DNA of 64,000 nucleotides, taken from assembly GCA_013239625.1 (NCBI GenBank), contig MU053995.1, positions 496,001-560,000 on the forward strand, in the 5' to 3' direction. This document shows, one piece after another, positions 13,660 to 25,301 of the stretch (position 1 is its first letter; each line of letters starts with the position of its first letter). The DNA is from Lama guanicoe (taxonomy: Eukaryota). The notes under the pieces are model-generated. The model had not been told where the DNA came from, made no database searches, and saw only the letters and a list, made by a program, of their open reading frames with translations. The translations under genes and the position numbers were made by a program.

Positions 13660-13716
13660 TGCAAGTTGTGTAAAGTGAGGAAGTTAACTGTGGGTACAAA
13701 GGGAATCCCACCTGTT
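13660..13716 (+). pseudogene. RPS4Y: RPS4Y pseudo-exon 5, truncated after about 19 codons
   Basis: gtgatag|TGC AAG TTG TGT AAA GTG AGG AAG TTA ACT GTG GGT ACA AAG GGA ATC CCA reads CKLCKVRKLTVGTKGIP, versus YKLCKVRKITVG.KGIP. Homology then stops abruptly. Confidence 0.9.
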
Positions 13717-14299
13717 GTTTATTTTCTGCCTATCTCCTCTCTCTTACTTCCTTCTCTTGTTGCTTAATTCTATTTTATATGCACCCTCACCTTCATTAGA
13801 CAGAATTTCTGTGTAAAAGTTAGACAGCAGAGATGCCTCAGCAGAGATGTTCTTTTTGAGTATTATTCTTATTCTAATCAACACATTTGGCTCTCTCTTA
13901 TAGAAGAAGAGAGGTAGTTAAAGAATGATGTGAGTTCCCTTTGGGCTGCATCCATCAGTCAGTCTCTAGAGGTTAGCAGTATAAAGTACAGTTTGGGATG
14001 AGAGGGGAACTTTGTGTTCCAAGGTTCTCACACATTTCTGTTGTAAAGTCTCTTTGGGACTCTTTAAACCTGAGTTCCCCCTCAGGTTTTGAATTTTTAA
14101 GAAGTGCAATACTCCACAGTCTGGGATGGATAGGAACTTGTACCTGTACTTTCTGCACTCCTAATTTTGTCCTGAAGAGAAACGTTTCTTTCCAGTTTTT
14201 GGTTTTATACCCTGAAATTACATATTACCCTGGTAATACTAACCTGATGTCATTAGATTGTTAGGAATTGCAGTGTTAGATTTTGGTCTTCAATACTAC

Positions 14300-14868
14300 A
14301 CCCTAATATCTGGTAGCACTTTATGGGTCCCCAAGCCAACCTCAGATTCACTAATGCTTTAAAAGAACTTGCAATTCTCACTGAAAACAGTCTCATAATA
14401 ATAGTTTATTATAGGGAAACGATAATAAACTTTAGATTAAAGTCAACCAAAGGAAGAGGTTCAATAGGACAGGGTCCAGAAAATTATACACACAGACTTC
14501 ACAATTGTCATCTCACAGTGGAGTAATAAATATTGCTTAATATTCCTGGCAGTGATATGTGACAATAGACATGAAGATTTGTCAATCAGAGAGGCCCACC
14601 CTGGCTTTAGTGTCCAGAGTTTTTACTGGGGGTCAGTCACATACGTGTGGCTGACCATTGCTATGGCTGGTCCTTGCCTCCAATCCCTCCAGTGGTGGGG
14701 CTGATACCCAGTAGCTGAGAATCCCTACCATTTATCACACTGTTAGATTGTCAAGTGTAGCTTGAATCCCCAAGATAAACACAGACACCGTTATTATACT
14801 GGATGTTCCAAGGACTAAGAGGTCATTTCTTGGGAAGGAGGAAAGCTAGATTTCTTTTTACTACACAC
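14300..14868 (-). mobile_element. MER21-like solo LTR fragment
   Basis: gggtccccaagccaacctcagattc, gattaaagtcaaccaaaggaagagg and gtgtccagagtttttactgggggtcagtcacat resemble the MER21 LTR as recalled; the element ends in ...actacaca. Confidence 0.65.
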
Positions 14869-15369
14869 AGTTTTCTCCTGGTTAACAGCTTGTTTTTGGT
14901 ATGTTTGTTTCTATTTGTATACAGTTTAAAGCTACATTCCTCTTTTTTTTCTTTTTCTGTCCAGCAATGTCTTTTAAGTATGTAAGACCAATTTGATTGG
15001 ATCAGAAGTCAAAAAAACAACCTAGAAAGTTGTAATCAAAAAGTCTAATCTGAGGGAGTGAATTCTTGACCCTGCCACGGTTACATCCAAATGGAATTTT
15101 CAGTAATTTCTTTTGTAATGGTGGCAACTATTGCAGACCAATTATATATCTACCAATGTTTCATCTACCAGAGTTTCCCCTCTTCCACTCCTGCAAAACT
15201 GTACTCCTGTGGGCAGCTGCACACCCATCAGTGGGCACAAAACACATATGCATAACTGGGCACAGAAATATAGCCCCTTCCATACACGCCTACCATTCAG
15301 ACAACTTCACGTTTAAGAAATTCAGGACTTATGCTCACCCAACAAAAATACTGGCATAGTGGAGACATT

Positions 15370-16930
15370 TTTGGTTCTTAATTAAATATGCTGTCCTGGA
15401 ATGTTGGATATGATGTTCTGTTATAGCCTTTTATATTTGTAGCTTTTTGCAGTTATCTATTTTGGGGCTATTAGAACATACAAATTAAAAATACAGTGTC
15501 TCCCTGGAATTTACTCCTTATAGCATCCTTTTGTTTACTTTTCATTTATCATAATAGTTTTTCAATATCTATGTATCATAGGTAAATCCTGATTAAATGT
15601 GAGCTGTATTTATTTTTTTGATGCAGTCTACCCCTAGCTTTTTGTTTAGCTCATTTAACGTTTGATGTATTTTATTGATATATATCACTTTATGGTGCTT
15701 TCTGTTTACCCAGCCAATCTATGTATGCTGTTCCCCCATCCCTTTCATATCTCTTGGATTGTTTTCTAACCTTACAAACTTTTTATTTATTTTTTTTTAA
15801 TGATTTTAAATGTTAGCCATTTCTGATTCTACTATTTTAATAATTACTATAGGAATAATGATATGCATATGGAAATCACTAAGGTTCAAAATTAGTCCAC
15901 TTTTTTATCCTGTTTAGGGTAGTGGGACTTGAGAATACCACATCCCTCTCCTCATCATCCATCTTGGGAATTGAAGTGTTTCTGGCCTTATTTTGGAAAA
16001 TTATGTTTTCCTTCCTTTTTCCTCTGTTTTTGGAACTTAGAGTTAACCTGCATTAGGCCTTTCCACATTAATTTGACGCATTTATTCTTCTGTTTTTCAT
16101 ATTTTTGGCTTTCCATGATGAGTTTAAGAGCAATTTCTTCTCAGCACCCTCCATTTTTCTACTTTTCTCTTCAACTGAATATAAACACATTCTTTCAACC
16201 TATTCCATTTTGTTTTTATTTCCAGTTACTGCATTTATCATTCCTAAACGTTCTTGCTGATAATTTTTCAACTCTGCTTGGCCCTTTATCAAGATTACCT
16301 TTTGTTCTTGCAGCTATTTCAGGGAAGTTCCAAGCCTTATTTTTGTGGGTGTGTTTCTCTACCATGGTTGTTTCTATGCCAGGTAATATATGTAAAATAT
16401 AATTGCTAAGAATATAAGAAGCCTAAGATGATTATCCCTTCCTTTTTAGATTATATGCATTTCATCTTTCTGATCTCTGGGGTGTCTGTCAGACCAATAT
16501 CACCTCAACTGAGTTGAGATTTCCTGTACTGCCCAGACAGTGTGAAAATCCTTACGTTTTAAGCCCTTTGGAAAAGGAGATTGTTTTCAGCTCAGCTGTT
16601 TGTGAGGTTATAGGCCCTCTGGGGACCAGTTAATGGGGGCAGTGTTTCCTATCAGATTGACTTTTAGTCTGACACTTAAGCCTGGATTTTGGTTTCTAAT
16701 TCCATGTCCCTGAGAGTCATCAAAATGAAAGCCAATAGTCTCAGGGCAGAAGGTAAAATTAATTGTCTTGCTCTGAGTTTCTTTTGCTCCTTGCTTTGAG
16801 TCCAGAATTTCCTTGCTGCCTTCTCACCCATTAAAGCCTTTTAGGAGGATTTTAATTAAATATTTTCATATAGTGTTTTGGGTTGTTTTTCTAAAGCAGG
16901 AAGGTTGATTCAGACTAAATTTTGCCCACC
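15370..16930 (-). mobile_element. Ancient, highly decayed L1 fragments
   Basis: T-rich antisense L1-like text with no open frame. Boundaries approximate. Confidence 0.45.
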
Positions 16931-18899
16931 ATAACTAGAACTTGTAACTTGGAGTTTGTTTTAATCGATGGGTCCCTTTGTTGAATGCAGTGTCTCTTTC
17001 ATTCTCATTGTATTGGTTTTATGAGAAATGACTTTCAGGTTAGAGGATGTAGAGGTTTAGAGTGTGATGGGCTCTCTAGTTTATTTTGCAAAAGTAAATA
17101 AGGTTGCATGCCAGCCTTTTCGCATGCAGACCACTAGCAGGGCCACTTGAGGGCCTGAGGTAGAAACCAATGATAATCTTCTGGTAGAATTATTATTTTC
17201 TATATATAGTCTGTTTCCCTGAGGTTTATCTTATAGTGAGGCATACATACTCAGTACACAGACTCAAAATTTTAAAAGGAGTGATTCTTCTGTAGAGACT
17301 CACCTTTGAACACATATTTACTGATTGCTAGTGGGCACAATTCTACATGTCAAGGCTTATTATTAAAACTTTGCAAAACTTTAAAGATTACTGCTTTCCT
17401 AAAGTGACACTGTCAATCTGTAGCCGTTCACTTTTAGAAATAGTGACAAACAAATGAAATGAAGAAACTTTTATACCTACAGTGTGAATTTTATTCTGGG
17501 CAACTTAGCTCTGTTTTCTTACTTTATTGTTTGTTTTGTTTTTTTCTCCTCTGCATACTAAATCCATAGCGTGCCTACAGAAGGGCTCCGGAAAACATGC
17601 AAAAACCTTTGTACACATTCTAGTTGACATAGGTAATGTGAAGCATTTCTTCTACTCTTCTGAGTACTGATTTTCTTTTCAGACAGATTCTTCAATTCTC
17701 TCTCTCTTTTTTTTTTCTTCATAGAGGGCAAAACAGCAAACTTTAATTGACATTTATTAATCCCTGTTTGGTGTTTTCAGTTCCTGCCAACAAAGTCAAA
17801 GCATTGTCTTTTCCTTATCAGCTAGATCAACCTCTGCATTTTGTTATTGAGCAGATTTTTTTCCCTCAGACCTCCCTTACATCTGTACTAATATGCATTA
17901 TATAAGAAAAGTATAACTGAGGGTATAGGGTGCCTTCTAACTTAACTGTCTTCTCAGTGGCTCCCATAAGGACCTGAAGGGTGAGTCGGCTACACTGAGC
18001 TAATAACAAAATTAAATCCTTCTAAAGGTCTTCAAAAGGTGTTCTTAGATTTGAGATACTGGTCTTTGGACACATGAGTTGTCTTGACTTACCTGAACAT
18101 TAGAGGATATCTACACCATTTGGAATACATGTAACACCAAAATTTTATAAAATCATGTACATATATAATTGGTACTTTGACTTTCACTACGCTTCCTAAT
18201 GGCAAGGCAAAACTTTAAATCCTTCTAATTTCTGTGGCTTCTCACATCTTCAAGTTCAGAGAGATCTAGCAGGCCATGACTTCCATTACCTTTTGATTTT
18301 GGATTAAGTGATATCTATCCAGTGTGTCAGATTATAGAAAATTGTTTTGGTCACTGCCAGACCCACTACTTTTTACTTTCAAGATTTTCATATTCTTCTA
18401 AGAGCCACATTATTCAAAGCTTTAGGTTGAGTTTGGTTTTTTCCTTCCCTCTGCATCAATTTCCCAGAAATTGATAAATTTATTGTCTGTGCTCTTATTC
18501 CATTCTATATAATTTCTTCCTTTTTTCTGGAGTCTCTTAGATTGCTAGATTAATTATTCCTTGGTACTAAAATGGAGTTTTATTCTCTAACTCTAGTATT
18601 TTCTTTCCATTAAAAAAAAAAGTGGGGCCATGTATTCACACTAGTAGTTGAATCTTAATTTGCAATGGTTTGGGTAGGGAAGGGGTGATTCTTAAAGCAT
18701 GCTTATTCTGTCCTAAATAAAACCTCTATGCAATGTAAGTGAGGTTGAGGACATTTAGAAAGGACACATCTCTTGTAAGTTTCCTTCCTTCCCTCCCTCA
18801 AAATGTACTTGCCTTGATGTCTTTGAGATCTTTTCAGTGAGTAAGCATCTCTGTGGAGTTATGTAGTATCTTCAGAAGGGAGCATTATCCCAAGTGATA

Positions 18900-20480
18900 T
18901 CTTTTTTTTTCTTTTTTTACTTTCAATCTGCCTATATTTTTATGCTGAAATGAATTTTTGGTAAACAGAATATAAACGTATTATGTTTTTTAATTTTTAT
19001 GATTTCTTTTAGTTGGTATATTTAAACAATTTATATTTGGTGTTAATTATTTATATGTTATGGCTTTTCACTTTTTTTCCTGTTTGCTACTAGGGTTTTT
19101 TGTTTGTTTGTTTCTTTCTTTCTTTTTTTTCTTCCTGCTGTGGGTTACTTGAAGACAATTTAGAAATCTGTTTCAATATACCTGTAATGTTTTTGAGTAT
19201 ATCTCTATGTTCCTTTTTTAGTGGTTGTTCCAGATATTATATTGTGCACACATAATTTATCATGGTCTACTGACATCATCTTTTTGCCAGTTTAAATGAA
19301 ATATAGAAACTTTACCTCCTTTTACATCTCTTAGCATTTCCCTGCTTGTGATTATATTAAATATTTTCTCTACCTCATTTAGCAGTTTAGCATTATGTAA
19401 TTCTTAATTGTGTTATATTTAGTTTTCAAATTTCCATTGTTACTTATATATTGTATTTTGGGCTGAAATTAAACATTTTTATGCTTCAAATTTTTTCCTT
19501 AGTTTCAAATATGTTCACTATTGCTAATTTAAGCACTTTTTAGTGCCAGCTTTAAAATCTTAGTCAGATAATCTTGACATCTCTAGTTGGCTTTATCTAT
19601 TATATTTTTTTCATTCAGTTGAGAGCTTTACGTTTCTTGGCTTCACAAGAGATTTTTGTATGTGTGAAATTGGACATTTACGGTATTATATAATGAGAAT
19701 TGAACCTTATTGAACTTCCTTCTGTCGTAGCTGTTTGACACCACTTCAGCAAGGGGAGGGAATATTCCACCAGAATTCCAAATTTCCTTCTTAGCTACCT
19801 TTCATTCTCAAGGGGAGAGTGCTCCTCATTATTAATGACTATGCAAGTTCCCTGCAGAGTTGAAGGCAGGGTTGAAATCCAAGGTCTCTACTTAGCCTTC
19901 CTGGTACTACCCTAACAAAATGTTGGGTTGCTTTTTTATTGCCTGGTGCAGTGGAAGTCCAAAGTCCCACACAGTATTTGCTGGCCTGGCTGAAAGGACA
20001 CCACAGTTTTTGGTTATGTTTGGCTGAAATAGAGTGATTATTATCTAAAAACTTTCTGCCTTTTTCAGACACTCCTTTTCTGGTACTTTGGATAGAGAAA
20101 GCAGACTCTTTTAGGGGCATTTTTATCTGCGTGAATTTGCAATTCTGGGTTAGCAAGTTCTTCAGGCCCAAGTCTGTGATATATAAGGCAAAAAGAAAAT
20201 CCAGGTATATACTCATAAACACATTGTTATGACAAATGTCAAAGACACACACAAAGACAATGTCACACTACTGTATACCCATATCTGCAAATAACAACAA
20301 CAAAAAGAAACTCCAGAGAACTCACCTCATCATTCTGTGGATCTTTAGATCCCTTGTTAATTAACCAATTTTCTCCACCTTTCAGATTCTTTTTGCATTT
20401 GTTTTATATATAACACCCAAGAATTTTTGCTGTACTTACAGGTAACATTAGGAATAGTATATCTACTTTATCCTATACAC
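18900..20480 (-). mobile_element. Ancient L1 (inter-ORF/ORF1/5'UTR region)
   Basis: Antisense L1-like motifs (tttttagtggttgttccag, agctttaaaatcttagtcagataat, ggtgcagtggaagtcc). Confidence 0.55.
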
Positions 20481-23357
20481 AGAATATTTGTGTTACGCTT
20501 CCTTTTGGGGCAAAGTTGGAACTTATTTTTACAGTTGAATGACTTTTAAACTAGTAAAAACTTAAATAAAAAGAATGCTTACAAAGATGTACCTTGTTCT
20601 GGATCTCAGAGGATCTTAGAATATTTTCTAGATGAGACTGTTTTGTAACTGGCTTAGGTTAAAATCATGTTGTATTATACTTTAATGTATAAAGAAGTTG
20701 TAGGGGTAGGAAAAGCATATTCAAGTCAATCTGACCTCTTTATTTTCTACCTTTGCTTTTCTTACTCTTCTTTTTCTGACACTTTTTTCTATCCTTACCC
20801 TTTACGTAGTTTAGTACACAGCCTAACCATCTGATTACATCCCCTCATTTTCTCCCATGATTTTTTTCTTTTTGCCCCCATGTCCTCCATTTACCTAACT
20901 TAAATTTTTTTATTACCTATATTGTTTTAGGCACCAAACTTTTAAGACATTTATTTATTTATGTTTAATATTTAACCATGTTAATTGAGCTTTATTCTGT
21001 CTAAATACAGTTATGACAATTAAAAAGTGACACATCAGGGGCATATGGACAGAGATAACATTTGTAATGTGTCATGAAATGCTAGGGAGAAGTCAGGATT
21101 CCCTCGGTAGAGCAATTCAAGCACAATTTGAAACCAAATGTATGTAGTGGAGGGTGGCAACCACAGGTTGCCAGCCTAAGGTCTCTGGATGTCCAAATCC
21201 ATACCCCATCCCAACCCCAGCTATCTCAGAGGACTAACTGGATGAATCTTGTCCCTGTAATGCATTTCAGCATACTACTTAGGAAACTGCTATAGATAAA
21301 GGATTGGCAAGTACACACCAAGTTCTCTAAGGACCTGCCAGGCAAATCAGAAGATGAAAAAGAAATTATAAAAGAGACAAAGGAATAATCACTGCATTGC
21401 AATGAAATACAAAGGAAAAAATTTCTAAGGCAACCATCCAGATTGCCCAAAATATCCAAATTTGCATAATGACCAGCTGCCTGAAATGTAATAAGAGATT
21501 TTGCAGTTAGTGCTTGGAATGTAACCAATGAAAACTAATTTCAATAAGTTTCAAAATTCTTACCTCTCTAATAAATACTACTGTGACCAAACTTTCAATG
21601 AAAATTTTCAGCAATTTTCAGAAAGAAAAAGAGTGAGCTGCCATGAACAACATCTTCATCTACATAAAGACTCTGCAGGTTCCATGGTGAGTTGGCTACA
21701 AGGGTGAGTAGAACAGTGTGGACTGGGGGGATATTTACCTGTGCTTCCCTGTCTGGAGTACCACCACAACACATGGCCATGACTAAATATTGTCAAGGGT
21801 GTCTAGAGGAACAGCCACAAAGTCCTGGTTGCCCAGGTATCCTGGCAGATTCATGCCTGTTCGTTCAGTAATGGCTGGAAGTAGGCCCTCTGCTCAGATG
21901 CATTTAATTGTAGGTTGTATTAATTACAGCTTGCCTTGGGAAGAAGCAGATGAATTAAGTGACTTCTATCCTGGCCCTCTCCATGACTTCACTTAGATGA
22001 TTAAACTGAATATTCACTGAGTTTTTAAAATTTATCTTCATTACTACTGATGATTTTTAGGGAACTGAGGGATTTTTAGAATGGGTTCTAATAGACTCTA
22101 AATTTCTGGAAAACAGAATTCACTTTATAATTTGGATTGACCCATTGTTCTTTATGTAAATTTAATAAATGTTTATTGACTTGGAAAAAATTCTCAATAA
22201 AGAGTGAAGTCCAACTATGGTAACAGTAAAGGATGTGGGATTTTGTTGAGTAATAAAAGTTTATTAAGTTAACATTTATTTACTGCTAGTTTAGTCAAAA
22301 TTGAAAAATATGTCATCAGATAGGCACTGTGCTAAGCCTATGCCAATGTCCAAGATAGACAAGGAAAAGGAATTAAGCAGGAAACATCTGGAAGAGGTGA
22401 TATCTGTGCTTATACAACTAATGTAGTAGTGGAAACAGGCAAAGAGAGATTCTTTCCACTCCAAGAAAGTGCTGAGGCCAGTTATCTCTGAAATAGGAGT
22501 TGGCATGGCTGAAAATAGTTTGTCTCAATGCAGCTCCAGATGGAACATGAAATAGAAATCTATGAAACCACTAAGGTAAACGGATGCCAGATCTTCAAAT
22601 GACTTGTTAACTATGCTGAGGCTCATCAAATGCCAGCATAAGGATTTACGTCTGTCTTTAGATGGAACAAGAAAGCAACATTAAAGTGTGCATTAGAAAA
22701 TATAGAGTGGACTCATGAAAGGAGGAAATAAAAGCACAAATAACCTAGGGTGCTTTGGGGACAGTAGAGCAAAATTGACTCTTTATAATACCTCTTGTAA
22801 AATATCATCATGTGCTGACAGTGATGCGATGTATGACTGTGTCATATCATCTTTGTTATTCCAGTGATGATATAATTGTCCTAATGGTTACTGGGTGGAC
22901 TAGAATATGCTATACATTTTCAAGTATAAAATGTATTTTTTAATGAAGGCAATCTTTGCCAACTAAAATCTAAGTATTCTTTTAAATAACTGGTAGAATG
23001 TAATTGATAAAACATTTAAGTAAATACTGTCTATTTACCTTTTCTAGATTCAATTTGTGTCTGTCCCTTTTCCCATGCCATCCTAATTTAGACACCCATT
23101 CAATTTATCCTAGGCTATTTTAGAAATCATTTACTTCAGTAATCACTGAGTCCCATTTCCCTCTTCCTTTGCTCTCATGATTTCTTTTTTAAAAAATGTT
23201 AATTAGATATAATTTACTTAGAAGGAGGCATGACTAATAACTAAAATTTTCATATATTAAAAATAGTAAAGTACTCTTGCATTGAAATGAATCATCATTT
23301 TTCTCTTAATTATTTCAAAAAATAATGAAAATGAAACAATGAAAATGAATATGTAAC

Positions 23358-23363
23358 TTTATT
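23358..23363 (-). terminator. Candidate HSFY polyadenylation signal AATAAA
   Basis: tttatt on + lies about 95 nt past the HSFY terminal stop, followed on - by T-rich sequence. Confidence 0.6.
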
Positions 23364-23456
23364 GTTCATATAAGAGAATTGCAGGTATTTGTCAATATTT
23401 CCCGACATCAATTTTAATCTTTGTTATCCTGCATAATCTGGTAGTCCTTTCGTATA

Positions 23457-24149
23457 TCAGCTGTAATTAAGATGATGTTCATAAACTGAAGATGGCTGAT
23501 GAGTTGCCCTTGAAAGAGATGCAGCTGATGTATCAGCTATCATTGGCACTGGAAATCGTGGGTTACTTTCTGGTTGAAGATTAGAAAAAGGACCTTCATC
23601 AGCCGATATGTTGTGATATGTATTTGGAAAAGTAGAAGGCTCCACCATCAGTCCAAAATAATTGCTCTATATAAGAGACAGGATGCGGTACTGAGAAGTA
23701 GAAGTTGTAGTTGTAATGAAGTTCACAACGCGGCCATTTGCTTCAGTGTAGCTGCTTTGTGAATGCATGTGGAAAGTGGTCAACTGATTTAAAATAGCAC
23801 ATTGATCCACTGCAATTTGTTCTGATCATCTAACTGACATTGATGATGGAGGAGAAAAATCACCTCTGATAAGGGTAGTTGTATCAGCAATTATGTGGCT
23901 AGTAGAGGGCTTTCTTATTAGAGGCATGTTTAAATTTGCAGAAGGTAAAAATGCAGTTTCTCCACTAGTGTCAGCCACAAAACCAGAATTATGATTATCC
24001 ACATTACCCCCTGCTTTAAAGTGCTTCTTGTTGAAATCTTGAGCTAATGAAGATACCAGAGAAGCATTTTTAATCCCAATTTTTCTTTTCATTCTTACTA
24101 AAATTTGGGTACAGCCTCGTTTAAAGTTTGGATTATGATAGAACTGCAA
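23457..24149 (-). pseudogene. HSFY: HSFY exon 2 coding part (two nonsense codons)
   Basis: Acceptor ggtttcag|TTG CAG TTC TAT. Reads ...SMSVR*SEQIAVDQCAILNQLTTFHMHS...SLI*SNYFGLMVEPSTFP...NYS*, all in one frame. Confidence 0.92.
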
Positions 24150-24624
24150 CTGAAACCAAAGGAGAAAGTTATTTAGTGACATTTTCAATTAAGATAAAAG
24201 AGAGCAACAAATCCAAACAATAAAATCTGATTTGTTTCATCACACAAAGTTAATGTCATCAGAAGTACATGTCCAATGTTAATTATTTTTAAAAATTTAC
24301 TTATTAGGAACAAACATTTAATTTTGGTCCTCAAATAATAATGTGTTGTATATTTACAGTAACAGTAAATACCAATTTAAGTGGCTTCAAGACTTGTATT
24401 TAAGTAGAGTTCATTTATAATGTCCTAAGTTGCTAGGAAAGTTTCTTAAAATCCCAATTGTTTCATGACCAAGCTGTCTTCAATTAAAAAATAAATATTT
24501 TTAACATTATCTAATCTCATTTTCAAAGTCTATTTTTGCCCATATATATGAACATATTTACTAGTGTACAAAATTAAATCTTATATATTCTGTATAAAAG
24601 TAGTAACTGAAAATTTCTGAATAC

Positions 24625-25137
24625 CTTGCTTAAAACAGAAACTTGTTTTTCTTCTGCCAGAAAGTCAGCTAGAGAAGTAGATCTTTGAAAATTCTGCCGC
24701 ACTTTACTAAAGCCATAAAGGTTTAGCTCTCTAACTAAACTTTTCATGCTTCCAGTTTCAAATATTCTGAAAGGGGCCTTTCTTTCCAAAACTTCTTTCT
24801 TAAAGAGATCTTCATCAATCACTATAGAAGTTCCATTCTCATCCCACCAAATAGATTTAAATTGATCACTCCCAACTATTTTCCAGAGTTTTCTTGGAAA
24901 TGTCAGAGAACGAAAATCATTATCTTCGTCTGGTTCAGAGACACAATGTGTGTAACATGGCCTTTTTATCAAGGATTCTTCAGACAAAGTCTGAAAAGCA
25001 TTTTCTTCAATCATAGACCTCAAGTCCAAGTCCCCAGAGAATGTTTGATCACACAATGGAGATATATTGGAGTTTCCTGAACCAGTTGGTCCACCTTTAG
25101 GAGACACACCTAGAATTTCTGAAGAAATGTTTGCCAT
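24625..25137 (-). CDS. HSFY: HSFY exon 1 coding part (open; N-terminal part of HSF DNA-binding domain)
   Basis: ORF track 24574-25140 contains FPRKLWKIVGSDQFKSIWWDENG...SMKSLVRELNLYGFSK. The ATG is at 25137; the track start at 25140 is GTG. Confidence 0.9.
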
Positions 25138-25267
25138 CACAAATAACTTTTTCTATAGCAACTTTTCTAATCTGCATGACTTTGAACACTGCAGCTTCAA
25201 ATGTTGCTTTGGCAGGCCTGCATAGATAAACTGATAGGCCATCACAATGGTTCTCAACCTGAGTAGC

Positions 25268-25301
25268 TGTGACATCACAAAATGACCGGTCTCCTAGCAA
25301 C
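25268..25301 (-). promoter_or_regulatory. HSFY proximal promoter: CRE-like TGACATCA (25270-25277) and RFX X-box GTCTCCTAGCAAC (25289-25301)
   Basis: Both motifs are read directly, 130-165 bp upstream of the ATG. Function is inferred. Confidence 0.55.

Larger units (their letters stand above)
3052..13716 (+). pseudogene. RPS4Y: Unprocessed RPS4Y (ribosomal protein S4, Y-linked) pseudogene: exons 2-4 and the 5' part of exon 5; exons 1, 6 and 7 not seen
   Basis: Four colinear exon remnants translate to RPS4; all four keep AG acceptors and exons 2-4 keep GT donors. Stops and frameshifts occur in exons 2-4. Introns are 1922, 897 and 7428 bp. Residues are Y-type (HF.LV in exon 4, RKLTVG in exon 5, DVTY in exon 3). 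Confidence 0.9.
23457..25137 (-). pseudogene. HSFY: HSFY (heat shock transcription factor, Y-linked) two-exon copy with two premature stops; could encode a 278-aa truncated protein
   Basis: Exon 1 is 25137-24625 (171 codons, MANISSEI...VSVLSK|gtattc) and contains the HSF DNA-binding domain. The GT-AG intron is 24624-24150 (475 bp). Exon 2 is 24149-23457 (LQFYHNPNFKRG...YEHHLNYS*). The spliced frame is 401 codons with no frameshift; TGA at 23828-23826 and TAG at 23669-23667. Confidence 0.93.

Noticed and set aside
15929..16402. 157-aa hydrophobic ORF
   Set aside because: T-rich antisense old L1 sequence gives Phe/Leu-rich spurious frames.
24144..24152. Tandem acceptor CAG TTG CAG in HSFY allowing a 2-aa shorter isoform
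   Set aside because: Possible, but there is no evidence of use; the upstream AG gives the homologous 401-codon frame.
24574..24624. ORF-track extension VFRNFQLLLLYRIYKI of HSFY exon 1, and the MKMSLNNFLLWFQ start of ORF 23826-24188
   Set aside because: Both are intronic read-through beyond the GT donor (24624) and before the AG acceptor (24150).
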